64,000 bases of DNA from Squalus acanthias. Taxonomy: Eukaryota. This document shows, piece by piece, positions 11,499-24,728 of this stretch. A program made the position numbers and the translations under genes. The notes under the pieces are model-generated. The model did no database searches. It saw only the letters and a list, made by a program, of their open reading frames with translations, and was not told the DNA's origin. Position 1 is the stretch's first letter. Each line of letters begins with the position of its first letter. The stretch is from contig CM059425.1 in the NCBI GenBank assembly GCA_030390025.1, forward strand, positions 163,000,001 to 163,064,000, given 5' to 3'.

Positions 11499-12225
11499 GG
11501 GGTAGTTTTTCCGCTTTGGGCACAATCGACAAACGGCGCAAATTGCGCTTGAAATGAAGTGAAGTTATGGTTCAAGTTTCCACCCAAAATCATTTAGATA
11601 ATCACAAATGTAAAATTTTCCATGAACTAGCACAATCGGTCAGCTTAAGAGAACATAATCATTTATTTTTCTTTGCATTAGAAAATAGTCATTGATATAT
11701 TTTAAGAGTGGTGACCTGGTGCTGTTTTATTAATACAGCTGAAAATGGGTTTATCACAAAAAATAACCATTTTTAATAAGAGTGTCTAGTCCACCACCTG
11801 TGAGTAACCTGATTTTAAATCACTGAAAATAACTTTAAAAAAAAACTATACAGAACTATTTATTAGTTTCATTGGTGTACAATAGCCAGTTTTTTTGTAA
11901 ATTCATTATTTTTTAATATGTAAAACCTTTTAGAATATGCCTACTAGTGCCTGTACACCTAAGAAAATGAGCTCAATTTGTAGTGCCTTCTCGAACGGCC
12001 ACAAACATCAGAAACTTGGCATTCTCATTATTTCAATCTGGGAGCATGGCCAGTTTTGTCTGTGGGGCCAGCTTCTGGCGAAATTATTTTTAAACCAGCG
12101 TTAAAGATCGTGGAAACTCAATTTACATTTGATGTAACTTAACCTTGATATTCCATGATCTTTTGTGTTGGTTTGGCCGATTTCACCTGGATTGTGCTGA
12201 TAAAACTAAAGGAAACTCAAGCCCC
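11499..12225. mobile_element. Possible degenerate MITE-like element
   Basis: Imperfect inverted termini GGGGTAGTTTTTCC and GGAAACTCAAGCCCC around an AT-rich core. Confidence 0.3.
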
Positions 12226-12880
12226 ACATCTCTTTAGGTGATTATAAAACCAGCGTCTCAAGCTCCAACAAAGTCTAGAAAACAGAGATAACGATTGACA
12301 TTATTTTATTTTGTTCTTCCCATTGCTGTTTATTTGGAATATGTTCTGTTTAGGCACTAATGACACCACGTGCTGTCTTGAAAAAGTTGCTCGGTCTGAC
12401 CTAGCCTAATTAAAATTGACAAATTCAAAATTGTTGCTTCATCAGCAACTCTATGCTGAAAATCTGAAATGCTGAAATCACACAGGAAGCCCATCTACAG
12501 CTGAAAACTGCAATGCTAGTTTTGAATTTCTCATCACACAATTATGCCTGCTTCACCCTATGTCCTCTGACATCATCAATCGCACCCATGCTTCAAGCTT
12601 ATGCCAACTCTGGTTGAAGGTATCCATCCCTGGAGGTTTGATCATGTTAATGTCTGATCACATGACGTCTGTAGCTATTATTGCATTTACCTCATAAAGG
12701 CTGGGTTTGCTATAGTTGAGTATCTTTGCTTGTGGTTTTGCGCCAGCAGATGTTGTGTGAGAAGTTCCACCAGGAGGCCACCCTGCGAGAAGGCGAAGAA
12801 GGGAAACTGAGGGTGGGGAACAGGCAAAACTGATGGTAGGGGAACGATTCACAGGGGAAACCAAATGTGGGAGAAACTTT

Positions 12881-14064
12881 GGGGGAGAATTTCGGTACCT
12901 TAGCGCCTCCTATTAGCGCCTCCGGGGGGCGATAACGGGGTGCTAATGACTTACCTCCCGGGCGCGGCAAAAGAAACGACTCCCGCTATATTCGGCGGGA
13001 GGTTTGCGGCGGCGGTAACCCTTAGCGCCATGATCTCCTGCGCCCGGAGATCGTGACGTCATTGTCCTGCGCATCGCCCTGGTAGCGCCCCAGACCCAAG
13101 CTTCGGTTCCGCCCCCTGCAGCATCGCTGGGTGAAAACACCGACAGCTGCAGGAGGCGTTGTTCGGGAGGCAGGGTGCTTCGGGTGCGCTGTTTAAAGGG
13201 GATGATGGCTGCGGGGGGGGAGAAATTTTGGTGAAGCTTAACACTAATTTTTAATGATTTTTTTGGCCCGCGATCGATCAACCCTGCACTCTGCAACAGT
13301 GCTTGGGGCTGATTGTGGCGGTTCGCGGCTGTCCTCGACATTGGGCAGCGCTGCACCGCTACCGCCCCTCCTGCCGGCTGTTAGCACTCCAAGGGAAGTG
13401 GTACATAAGAACATAAGAAATAGGAGCAGGAGTAGGCCATTTGGCCCCTCGAGCCTGCTCCGCCATTCAATAAGATCATGGCTGATCTGATCTTGGCTTC
13501 AACTCCACTTCCCTGCCCGCTCCCCGTAAGTCTTGACTCCCTTATCGTTCAAAAATCTGTCTATCTCCACCTTAAATATATTCAATGACCCAGCCTCCAC
13601 AGCTCTCTGTACAGTTGTAGCAGGACTTCCCTACTTTTATACTCCATCCCCCTTGCAATAAAGGCCAACATTCCATTTGCCTTCCTAATTACTTGCTGTA
13701 CCTGCATGCTAACTTTTTGTGTTTCATGTACATCATCAGCAAATTTGGCTACTTTACACTCGGTCCCTTCATCCAAGTCATTAATATAGATTGTAAATAG
13801 TTGAGGCCCCAGCACTGATCCCTGTGGCACCCCATTAGTTACAGTTTGCCAACCGGAAAATGACCCATTTATCCCGACTCTCTGTTTTCTGTTAGTTAGC
13901 CAATCCTCTATCCATGCTACTATAGCTTGATTTAGTGCTCCACTTCCTTCCTGGAGTGCTAACACCCAATTTCATGGAACCTGAGAATGATTAGTGCCTG
14001 GCGTTAATTTTTCAGGATTTCAAAAGTCACCGCTCCAAACGGGGCAATACCAAATTTCTCCCCC
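12881..14064. mobile_element. Non-autonomous TIR DNA element (Harbinger-like ends) containing a CR1 fragment
   Basis: GGGGGAGAATTTCGGTA at 12881 and TACCAAATTTCTCCCCC ending 14064, followed by TAA; GC/CpG-rich interior. A similar terminus occurs at about 18125-18138. Confidence 0.65.
13404..13922 (-). mobile_element. 5'-truncated CR1 3' fragment with two internal deletions
   Basis: RT motifs [10 protein letters not shown] and KFADD; tail seen as ACATAAGAACATAAGAA on the plus strand. Confidence 0.9.
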
Positions 14065-14582
14065 TAAGATTCTACCAGTAACTGATAATAACTCGCTGAA
14101 ATTGCACTGATAACTAATAGTATTAATGGTAATGCTAAGATTCCCCTCATAACCAACAGTAGTACAATAACTCACTGATAGTCTATATGTATCTGGTAGT
14201 AATAAGTGTAAAACCCTGATATCCTACCTGTAACAAGTAGTAATCTTATAACCCGCTGATATTCATCCTGTAACTACATCCAGAATCCCCCACACTGGAG
14301 AAGGCGCGGTCAGGCTCCCCAGTCGATGCCACTTTTAACAGGCACCTTCTCTCTCACTATCTCCTTGGACTCAGGTTCTGTGTGAAGGTGACAACTCTGA
14401 ACTGGGAGCCTTAGTCAGAGGCGATCTATACTTGCACTTCACATGTCAAAACTGGCCGGCATAAGCGGACCTGAACCAAACCGAGAGATCTCTCAAAGGG
14501 CAGCGGGCTCATTGTTTGGGGGACTTCTCACAGGACACATCGTCCTGAACTCAGCTCAGCAACAACGGATGCGAGAAATCTC

Positions 14583-14685
14583 AAATAAAAACAGAAAATG
14601 CTGGAAGCAATCAGCAGATCAGGCAACATATGTTGCATCAGCATCATTTCCAGCTGAGTGTCTCCAGCAGTTCCTGTTTATATTT
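14583..14685. mobile_element. Degenerate Penelope-like inverted terminus
   Basis: AAAAACAGAAAATGCTGGAA ... CTGAGTGTCTCCAGCAGTTCCTGTTT resembles 1663-1824; no hammerhead core remains. Confidence 0.55.
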
Positions 14686-15699
14686 CTAAACTACTTCCTG
14701 GGCTCAGACTCAATAAAGAAGATTTTCATAGAATGACAGAAATTACATCACATTCAGCCCCAGTCCTGTGCCAGTGCTGACGCTTTCTCATGTAACCCCA
14801 TTCCCCCAGATCCTTTTATATTCCTCCTTTTCAAATACTTATCCCATTCCCTTTTAAATAATGATAGTCTCTTTCTCAATAGCCACGTGTGGTGAAGCAT
14901 CCCATGGTCTAATAGCACTCAGTGCAAAAACCTTCCTTCACCTTCCCGCCTTGGTTCTTCCAGTAAGAATCTTCAGTCTCTGTCTCTGTGTTCTCCATTT
15001 TCCCACCAATGGAAACAATCTTTCACTATTTACCCAAAGTAAAGTCCCCAGGTTTCACTCACTCCTTTACTGCTGCTCCTCTTTCGGTACTGCACTCACT
15101 TACCATGTTACTGCTGTTGCTCTTGGTTTTACAGGAAAGCAAGGCCGCACACTCATCCTATCCCTAGGTCTCCCTTTCTCCCCCCCGCCGACATCGTAAT
15201 TCCCCGGACCCCCAGTGCTCCTCTCTTCCCCCCCGAACCCCCATTCCACAATCACCCTCTCTCCCCGAGCCCCCAAACCCAACCACCAGTCCCCTGTCTG
15301 CCTCTCCCCGACCCCGAGTCCACTGTCACTCTCCCCTCCCTCATCAAGTCCCGATTCCCCCTAATCGCTGGTCACCCACTCTCCCCCCACCCTCCCCCCA
15401 CTCCTATGTTCAAATCCCCAGCCTTGCATCTCTCCCCCACTCCATCTCTCTCCTTCCCCCTTGCCCCCCATTTGGCACCTGGCTGTTTCTCCACCAGCTG
15501 GACCCATTTCCCGCCACCCCTAAGCGGGGACTGTCTCCCTGCAGTAGCGGAGGGTGGGGGGGGGGGGGGAGGAGGGAGGGGTGATGTCACCAAACGGGAG
15601 ATGGTTTCTCTGTGGTGGCAACTGGTGACATCACGGAGCCCTCAAATGCGCCATCACCACTCAGCTCTGTACCCACCTCTCCCATCACGCTCTCTTCAA

Positions 15700-17985
15700 A
15701 TTCTGTGGGAAAACACTTGGGTACGAGTGATCATCGTATCATAAGATTTAGATTAACAATGGAGAGGAGCAAGGAACAATCTAGAGTGGAACTTCTAAAC
15801 TGGAATAGGGCTAACTTCAATGGGATGTGAAAGGATCTAGCCAGGGTAAAATGGAACCAAAGACTGACAGGAAAAACTGTAATGGAACAATGGGTGATCT
15901 TTAAGGAGGAGATGTTCCAAGTACAGGCTAGGTACATTCCAACAAGAGGGAAGGGTAAGGGAACCAAAACAAGGGCTCCTTGGATGACGAGGGAGATTGA
16001 GAAGATGATGACACAAAAAAAGAGAGTGTATGATGAATGTCAGGTAAATTCTTCAAGGGCGAACCAGACCAAATACAATAAGTTGAATGGGGAAGTGAAG
16101 ATGAAAATAAGATTGTCAAAGAGAGAATATGAGAGTAGAATGGCGGTTAACACAAAAGGGAACCCAAAAATCTTCTACCAGCATGTAAACAGTAAGCGGG
16201 TAGTAAGAGGCGGGGTGGAGTCTATTAGGGACAAAGAAGGTGACATATGCTTAGAGGCGCAGGGCAAGGCTAGAATACTTAATGAGTACTTTGTATCGGT
16301 GTTTACTAAGGAGGTGGATGCTGACAAAATATCGGTAAAAGTGGAAAAGGTAGAAGCAATGGAAGGGGTGAAAATTGATAGACAGGAGGTACTAGAAAGG
16401 CTGGGTATGTTTAGAGTGGATAAGTCGCCTGGTCCAGATGGCTTGCATCCCAGGTTGCTAAGGGAATTGGGGGAGGAGATAGCGGAAGGGCTTGCCATAA
16501 TTTTCCAATCTTCCCTAGATGCGGGAGAAGTGCCTGAGGATTGGAAAGTGGCAAATGTGACACCATTGTTCAAGAAAGGGTATAAGGACAACCCTAGTAA
16601 CTACAGGCCGGTCAGTTTAACATCAGTGGTGGGTAAAGTTTTAGAAACAATAATCAAGGAAAAAATTAACGGGCACTTGGAGAGGTTTAAGCTAATTAAG
16701 GAGAGCCAACACAGATTTGTAAAAGGCAGATCGTGTTTGACTAATCTAATTTAATTTTTTGATGAAGTAACAGGGAGGATTGATGAAGGGAATGCAATGG
16801 ATGCTGTCTACATGGATTTTTGGAAGGCGTTTGACAAAGTACCACATAGAAGGCTGGTTAACAAAATTGAGGCTCATGGAATAGGTGAGTCAGTGGCAGC
16901 TTGGATAAGGAATTGGCTTCAGGACAGAAAACAGCGAGTTGTGGTAAATGGTTGTTTTTCAGACTGGAGGATGGTAGACAGTGGTGTTCCCCAAGGGTCA
17001 GTGCTGGGGCTACTGCTTTTTTTGATATATATAAATGACCTGGATATTGGAATACAGAGTAGAATTTCTAAATTTGCCGATGATACCAAACTTGGGGATG
17101 TGGCAAACAGTGAGGATGATACCAATCGACTGCAACAGGACATAGAAAGGCTAGCAGAATGGGCAGACAAGTGGCAGATGGAATTTAATACAGAGAAATG
17201 TGAGGTGATGCATTTTGGCAGAAGGAACAGGGAGAGGCAATATACAGTTAATGGCACAGTTTTAAAGAGTGTGCAGGGACAGAGGGACCTGAGAGTCAAT
17301 GTGCATAGGTCCCTGAAGGTGGCAGGACATATTGAGAGAGTTGTTAGCAAAGCATATGGGATCTTGGGCTTCATAAATAGAGGTATTGAGTACAAAAGTA
17401 GAGAAGTTATGCTGAACCTTTATAAAGCGCTGGTTAGGCCACAACTGGAGTATTGCATCCAGTTCTGGTCACCACACTTTAGGAAGGATGTGAAGGCACT
17501 TGAGAGGGTCAGAGGAGATTTACCAGAATGGTTCCGGGGATGGGGGATTTTAGTTACAAGGACAGGTTGGAGAAGCTGGATTTGTTTCCATTACAGCAAA
17601 GGAGTTTGCAGAGTGATTTGATACAGGTGTACAAGATTATGACGGGTTTGGATAGGCTAGATGGGGAAAAGCTGTTCCCATTAGTTGATGGTACAAGGAC
17701 TAGGGGACACAGATTTAAGGTTTTGGGCAAGAGATACAGGGGGGATGTGAGGAAAACATTTTTTATGCGGCGAGTGGTGATGACCTGGAATTCGCTGCCG
17801 ACGGAAGTGGTGGAAGCGGAGACACTCAATGTTTTCAAGGGGAGACTGGATAGGCACTTGAGGGAAATAAACTTGCAGGGCTACGGGGATAGAGCGGGGG
17901 AATGGGACTGACTGGATTGCTCTACAGAGAGCTGGCACGGACTCGATGGATCGAATGGCCTCCTTCTGTGCCATTATGACTCCTT
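15700..17985 (+). mobile_element. 5'-truncated CR1 LINE (ORF2 with stops and a frameshift)
   Basis: ORFs 15882-16754, 16797-17621 and 17528-17911 carry CR1 RT motifs; CR1-type 3' UTR. Confidence 0.93.
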
Positions 17986-18149
17986 CAATCAGGTTTACAC
18001 CCTGTCCACAGCACCGTGTTTGCCCTGCTCAAGTCACTAATTAATTTTGCAAGAGGCGTTAGCGGCGCCGCGCCCGGGCGTTAGTTGCTTTGCATCCCGT
18101 TAGCACCCCGGAGGTGCAAAGCAACCGAATTGTTCCCCTTAAATATGTT

Positions 18150-18480
18150 AGCTAGTGTGCTAACAACACTGGACAAAAGAAATTAGCGTACATGTAGATG
18201 TTAATCCCATGCCTATGAATGCTATCACCAAGGAGCAGTGTGTAGATAAGGGCACCAAGATTAGAGCCTTGGGCCACACCCAATATGAATATGCAGGGCC
18301 GGGGAGGAGAAACCATTACATGGACATGTGCTGGTTGTGTTGTGACAGATAGGAGTGGAACCAAGCTAGGGCAGCACCTTGGAGGTAGGTGACAGAGGAA
18401 AGATGATGAAGAAGGAATGGAGTGGTCGACTGTATCGAACCCTGTGGAAAAAGTCAAGGTGAATGAGGACAGATAGAACA
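18150..18480 (-). mobile_element. Degenerate L2-type LINE RT fragment
   Basis: FDTVDHSI, GVAQGSNLG and YMYAN remnants of RT motifs. Confidence 0.6.
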
Positions 18481-19766
18481 CTGATGACGTTATTTGATGA
18501 CGTGTCATCAGCCAGTTTCCTTAAAGGGACCACGGCTACATTGATTTTGACAGTTGTGCTGTCAGTGTTCTGCAGCACTGAGGTGTTGCAAACACTGACA
18601 AGCACTGCACAAAGGTACACGTCTGCACCCAGGCTTACGCATGTTTCTCCTTATGCTTATGGAGGGACTCACAGCACGCGGAAGAGACCTATCCTGGAGA
18701 TCAACGCAGTCTGGTTGCACATTACACAGGAGGACACAAGCAGGGATGTCCTCACACAATGGTAGGCAGTTGAGAGGTTTAGCCAATGTTCATGTGAAGT
18801 TTCTGGTAATGTGCTGTCATACAGTGAAATCTATATTTTCAACACTTCACCTTATTGGACAGATCTTTGTGCACCTTGAGAAGTGTCTTACTGAGTTCCA
18901 GTGAATGTTGAGACATAACTTCCCCCCCCCCTCCCCCACCCCTGCTATAGTGATGAGTGTGAAAGGAATGGCTTGGCCATTATAGGGATGCTTTACGGTG
19001 CTGGTGTGGGATGGTGTCAACCTGGTGCACCATGTGGCAACCAGGGTGTACAGCATCAAGTGAAGTAAATCTGGCCATGGTGATGCCATCGCTGGCCTCC
19101 TGAGCAGCAATGTCGTCAGGTGCTGATGCCCTGTGTCCTGTGCAGCATCAGGTGATGGCAGAGAAGGTTGGTGATGATGTTGGTGTTGGGGCTGATCGTG
19201 GAAGGATTCAGAGGACCATGGTGTGATTTTTTTCAAGGGCACCGATGTTGCTGGAATAGATGGCAGCTGCAGTTGAGATGACAGAAACGATCTGTCAGTG
19301 GTGAGAGAGGTTGTTCCAATGAGGTGGCACTGGTTAAAGATTTGGCTCTAAACACTTGCAAGCTAAAGAAATTTCTATATGTCTTACAAATGCAGTAACC
19401 AACAGTTTCTGAGCTCTGAAACTGAATATCTGCAACATGGTATCCTTTATACCACTTTTGTAGCTGTCAGGTTATCAGATAAAGCAAAGCAGACTCAACT
19501 CACGCCAGGGTGAGCTGGCGTGTTCCCCAAGCAGCGGGTAACCCGTGGGGAGCACGCAAAATTACACGGCTGTTAACAAGTCATTTAATGATATAAATGG
19601 CCACCCCCGCCGTTTGGTGTTGGATCAGTTCTACGCAGACAGACCCGACACCTGGGAGACTCGCATTCAGGGTGGTTGCCAGCAGGTTTCCTACCCGGTC
19701 AATCTTTGCTATTTTGACAGTGGACCCACCTCCATACCCGCACTGAGCGCCGGCAAAATCCAGCAC
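18481..19766 (+). mobile_element. Harbinger internal-deletion derivative (same family as 24729-26510, opposite orientation)
   Basis: Shares Myb-like coding remnant and subterminal sequence with 24729-26510; right end GGCAAAATCCAGCAC followed by TAA. Confidence 0.8.
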
Positions 19767-20698
19767 TAAGTCTCATTCACTTTTTATCTTTGCACTTGCC
19801 AACCTTTATTGGTTCTCTATCCCTCTACAATTCAATTTTGAACTCTTGTCCTCATCTACCAATCCTTCCATGGCATCACCCCTCCTTACCTCTGCAAGCT
19901 CATTCAGCCCTATGTTCCTTGACACATCCTCTCTGTTCTGACTCTGGCTCCCTTTGCATCTCCCTTCTCTTACTCTACTTTTGGCTGCAGAGCCATCAGC
20001 TGTTCTAGGCCCTCTCTAAAACATTTCACTTTGCTACTTCTCTCGACACCTACCTCTTGCTTTTAGTCACCAAGCTAACACTCTGTTCAGTTGCATGATG
20101 AAATTATCCCTGAGCACCTTAGTGAATTTGTTTTAATTCTGCAACTTTTCTTACTAGCTCCTCATTCTTGTGCTGGTAGTCAATAGCAGTAATCAATTGC
20201 TTATTTTCACCCTCATCATTACTCTATTCTATTCACATTGTTTCAACCTTATCCCTTCTGTCTTCCTCGATAGATAGAAAGGATGTACTAAATAGATTGG
20301 CATCACTCAAAGTTAACAAATCACCCGGTCCAGATGGGATGCATCCTAGATTGCTGAGGGAAGCAAGGGTAGAGATAGCAGAAGCTTTGATCACAATCTT
20401 TCAATCTTCCTTGGATATGGGCATGGTGCCAGAGGACTAGAGGATTGCAAATGTTACACCCCTATTCAAAAAATGGGAGAGGGATAAGCCTGGTAACTAC
20501 AAGCCAGTCGGTCTAACGTCAGTGGTGGGAAAACTATTAGAGACCATTGCCAAGGACAAATTTAATTCTCACTTGGAGAAGCATGGGTTAATAAAGGACA
20601 GCCAGCATGGATTTGTTAAAGGCAAATCATATCTGAGTAACCTGATTGAGTTCTTTGATGAAGTAACAGAGAGGGCTGATGAAGGTAATGCAGTAGAT

Positions 20699-21262
20699 CG
20701 ATAGCAAAATACTGCGGATGCTGGAAAATTGAAACAACAACAGAAAACGCTGGAAAAACTCAGCAGGCCAGGCAACATCTGTGGAAAGAGAAACAGAGTT
20801 AACGTTTCAGGTCGAAACCCTTCGTCAGAACTGAGAAAAAAAGCAGGAAATGAAACAGATAAAAAAGCAAGGGGAGGCTGGGGGAGGAATAAAAGAACAA
20901 AAGGGGTGGTCTATGGTAAGTAGAGACATTAAGAGATGCTCAAGGCAAGACGAGATGGTAATAGGACAGGTTAAGAAACAAAAGGTGGCTCAGAAGTGTG
21001 AAGTGTGAAATGCTGGCAGAATGAGAGACAGCTGCCGTGGGGGGAGAGAGAGAAAAAAAAGGGAAAAGGCACGAACTAAAAGGGTGGATAAAATGTGTGT
21101 ATATATATATATATATATAGTAGGGGCCGAGGTAATGATCTGAAATTGTTGAACTCGATATTGAGTCTGGAAGGTTGTAAAGTGCCTAATCGGAAGATGA
21201 GGTGCTGTTCCTCGGGCTTACGCTGAGCTTCCGTGGAACAATGCATGAGGCCGAGGATGGTG
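20699..21262 (-). mobile_element. Penelope-like element 3' fragment (GIY-YIG C-terminus plus terminal region)
   Basis: Minus-strand translation ILGLMHCSTEAQRKPEEQHLIFRLGTLQPSRLNIEFNNFR is typical of the PLE endonuclease C-terminus; 16-bp TSD AGGTAATGCAGTAGAT at 20683-20698 and 21263-21278. Confidence 0.88.
20797..20832 (-). ncRNA. Minimal type I hammerhead ribozyme motif (second copy)
   Basis: Minus strand AGTT-CTGACGA-AGGGTTTCGACCT-GAAAC-GTT-AACT; stem II capped by UUCG. Confidence 0.65.
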
Positions 21263-23451
21263 AGGTAATGCAGTAGATGTTGTATACATGGACTTTGAAA
21301 AGGCATTTTATAAGGTACCACACAACAGATTTATTCAAAAAATAGCACATGGGATTAAATGGCTGCTGGTAACTCAGGTACGTAATTGGTTAAGGGATAG
21401 GAGGCAACGAGTAGTGATGATGGATGTTTTCCTGACTGGAGGGAAGTATTCGGTGAGGTCCCCCAGGGATTGGTATTAGGAACATTGCTTTTCTTGTTAT
21501 ATATAAATAACCTGGACTTGCATATATGGAGTACAATTTCAAAGTTTGCGGATGATACAAAACTTGGCAACAAGTAAATAGTAAGGAGGCTATTAGTAGA
21601 CTTCAGGAGGACATAGATAGGCTGGGGAAATGGGCCGACAGATGGCAGATGCAATTTAATGCAGATAAGTGTGAAGTGATGCACTTTGGGAGAAACAACA
21701 TGGAAAGGCAGTATAATCTAAATGGTACTATGTTGAGGGGAGTGCATATTCACAAATCTTTGAAGGTGGCAGGGCAAATTGATAAGGCGGTTAAGAAAGC
21801 ATATGGAATACTTGGCTTTGTAAATAGGAGCATTGAATACAAAAGCAACAAAGTCATGCTAAACCTTTACAAATCACTGGTTAGGCCTCAGCTGGAGCAT
21901 TTTGCACAATTCTGGGCACCACACTTTAGGAAGGATGTCAAGGCTTTGGAGAGGGTATAGAGGAGGTTTACCAGGATGATACTAGGGATGAGGGACTTTA
22001 GTTATATGGAGAGATTGTAAAAGCTGAGATTGTTCAGGTTAAGGGAAGATGTAATAGAGGTATTCAAAATAATGAACAGTTTTGATAGAGCAAATAGGGA
22101 GAAACTGTTTCTTCTGGCAAGTGGGTCAGTAAACAGAGGTCATAGATTTAGGACAACTGGCAAAAGAACTAGAGGGGAAACAAGGAGAATTTTTTTCATG
22201 CAGAGGTTTGTTAAGATCTGGAACGCACTACCTGAATAGGTGGTGGAAGCAGATTCCAGAGGAATTTTCAAAGGGCAATTGGACATGTACTTGAAGAGGA
22301 CTAATTTGTAGGGTTATGGGGGAAAAGCTGGGGTGTGGGACTAAATTGGACAGCTTTCAAAGAGCCGGCACAGGCACGACGGGCTGAATGGCTTCCTTCT
22401 GTGCTAGAAGATTCTCTGATTCTGCTGCTATATCCACCTTTTCTATAGTGGTTATATCATTTCTTGCCAATAAAGCAATTTCTCCTCTCGTAGCAAGTCT
22501 ATCCTTGTGAAACATTTTATACTGTCTTAGCTCCAGCTCAAGCATTGTCTTCTGTATCTAGCTCTAATCTCTTCATTTACCTCTAGTTATATCGTTGCCA
22601 TATATATGCTTTGCTAAATTGAAGAGTACACTCAATTTTCCATGCACACTTATTAGCTTAAGCCTGAACGTAAAATCTCCCATAAATCAGTGCAATCAAG
22701 CAGCATAATCAATCGTAATCGATTCGTGACTGGAACAGGGTATTCTCAAGCATCACAAAGCGTGGGATTGCCAGGAAATGAATCATTCTTCAATTGACTG
22801 ATTTAATGCGCTTGGTCTTACTTTTTAATTGCCTTCAATTGATTGCTTTGATCTACCCTTGATACATAAGACCTGTGACCAACACTCAATTGAAGCCACA
22901 CAGGTGTGTCCTGCTCTGTTGTAATTGACTGAATTTAGACTAATTTTAACTGAATTTAAATTAATTGAAAGTAGTTGCAGCAGCAGCGGGAGAAACAGAC
23001 CTGGGCCAGGCTAGATTTGGCTGTTGGTCCATACAGGTACAGGTGATTAACGCTGGCTTAATGTCACCATGGGTACCTGTACACTGGAGCATCTGGGCGC
23101 AATGTGATGAACATCCCGAATGGCCACAATCGGTGGAAACTCGCCATGACGACCCGGGGGCGTGGCCAGTTTTGTGGGCCGGACTGCTTCCGGCGAATGG
23201 ATTTCTGAACCAGCTTAACGTGGTTATGGTCGCAACTCACTTACAGTTAAAATTCCGCGATCTTTAACGCTATTTCATTCCATTCCGCCCAGATCACACT
23301 GATATCTGGGCGGAAATGATGCGGAAACTCCAGGCTATATTGGAACCGTAAAAGTTTCGAGCACAGAATGAAACCACTTGACCCACTGTGTCTGTACCTA
23401 CTCTCTACTGAAGCAATCAGAAACTAACCCCACAGCCTTTTATCTTCTGCG

Positions 23452-23545
23452 TCAACAGTGACGACACTTTAAAAAGTACACTTGGCTGTAAAGCGCTTTG
23501 GGGCGTCCGGTGGTCGTGAAAGGCGCTATATAAATGCAAGTCTTC
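23452..23545 (+). mobile_element. SINE/L2-type 3' tail fragment
   Basis: GGCTGTAAAGCGCTTTGGG...GAAAGGCGCTATATAAATGCAAGTCTT, an L2-derived tail pattern. Confidence 0.6.
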
Positions 23546-24250
23546 AAAGTATTTCTTTCAAATATGTGTCCAGTTTCCCCATAAAAGATGCGATGGTCTC
23601 TGAAACAGCAACATACGGCATCACGGGTGTGAGGGTAGTGGAGGCAAGTTTGATGTCTCCGATCTCAGCTGCGTTCCTGTGGAAGAGTCTACCCCTTCCT
23701 CGGTCCACTCACCAAGGGGGAGGAAAATGAAAGAAAGAAATAGTTGTTGGCACACCGATCTTGGTGTAATTATGGCCCTTGGCAATTAAAGATTCAGTCT
23801 GATGAAACAGGCTGGATGCCGCAATGGATAAAAGACAATTTAGCCCAACGAAACCTAAATTGAAATCGATTATAAAGCAAAACGATCAACCAAATCAGTA
23901 AAAACTGATTTTAGTTTTACAAGCAATGGAATCATCCAGTTGATGTATAATCGGTGGATGTACTTTACAGTTTCCTCTTTCATATTTTTACTTTTAAAAG
24001 GCACTAACATGAATATAGGCAGTCGATTGAAATTCATCGTTTTTTAAACAAAGAAATCTCCTGTTTAGAATTTGTTGAACTAATTAAGTGCATTTTCCAA
24101 AATCAACCTTATTGGGCTCACTTCAAAAAATAACGCCAGGAAAAAATAAAGGTTTGTTAGATTTTCGCTTTTAATGTTTTTTAAAAATCACAACTGCTGC
24201 TGAAAACGAATGGCTCCTTTCCTCTTCCACTGAGTGGTCACCATTCTACA

Positions 24251-24540
24251 GTAACTTGGAAACAACAGTAAACAAGGTCACATTCAGATCTGGACTTCCG
24301 GGAAACTGACCCGGTTTGTTTTAGACATTGAGCCCGGCTTCGGTTACGCGCCTTGTTCTCCTTTTAATCTACGAAACCAGTTGAGGTACTGGAATGAATG
24401 ACCAGTTGACCGTGCCGATTACATGTTAAATTTGTCTTTTGGCGCTGTCCGTGTGCTCGATGTGGTTGCTGCCGTATTGAAGGACTCTGCCGATCACAGG
24501 GGAGCCTATTGGGAACAAAAACCCAAACTGCCGTGTGAGT
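24251..24540 (+). promoter_or_regulatory. Candidate FAM81B promoter and non-coding first exon
   Basis: Non-repetitive CpG-enriched patch with X-box-like GTAACTTGGAAAC (24251-24263), forkhead GTAAACAA (24268-24275), ETS-like ACTTCCGG (about 24294) and donor-like GTGAGT (24535-24540). The first coding exon has an acceptor, so an upstream exon is required. Confidence 0.45.
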
Positions 24541-24728
24541 GTTTTTTGTTTATAGAATAAAAGTTAGAGAAAAACGAGTTTCGATCGGACAATCGGACTT
24601 GGCACGATTTGTTCAGTAAATTTCAAGGTTGTAAAATACGTTTTTATACTTGCCTTGAGGCTCTTCCTCGTAATCGTCCTATAAAAATGCAATTTGTCTG
24701 TCTACTGGATTCTACTTTTGACAGCTAA

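Larger units (their letters stand above)
20270..22410 (+). mobile_element. Old 5'-truncated CR1 interrupted by a Penelope-like insertion
   Basis: Degenerate RT motifs (SQHGFVKGKS, MDFEKAF, FADD) and CR1-type 3' UTR. Confidence 0.88.

Noticed and set aside
14060..14280. Loosely periodic ACTGAT/ATAAC segment resembling an array
   Set aside because: Units are degenerate with no constant repeat and unique spacers; eukaryotic context; decayed minisatellite, not CRISPR.
15100..15700. C-rich/G-rich tract with inverted GTGATGTCACC...GGTGACATCAC and Pro/Gly-rich ORFs
   Set aside because: Low complexity, similar in style to 55700-56300; probably repeat interior, and the ORFs are compositional artefacts.
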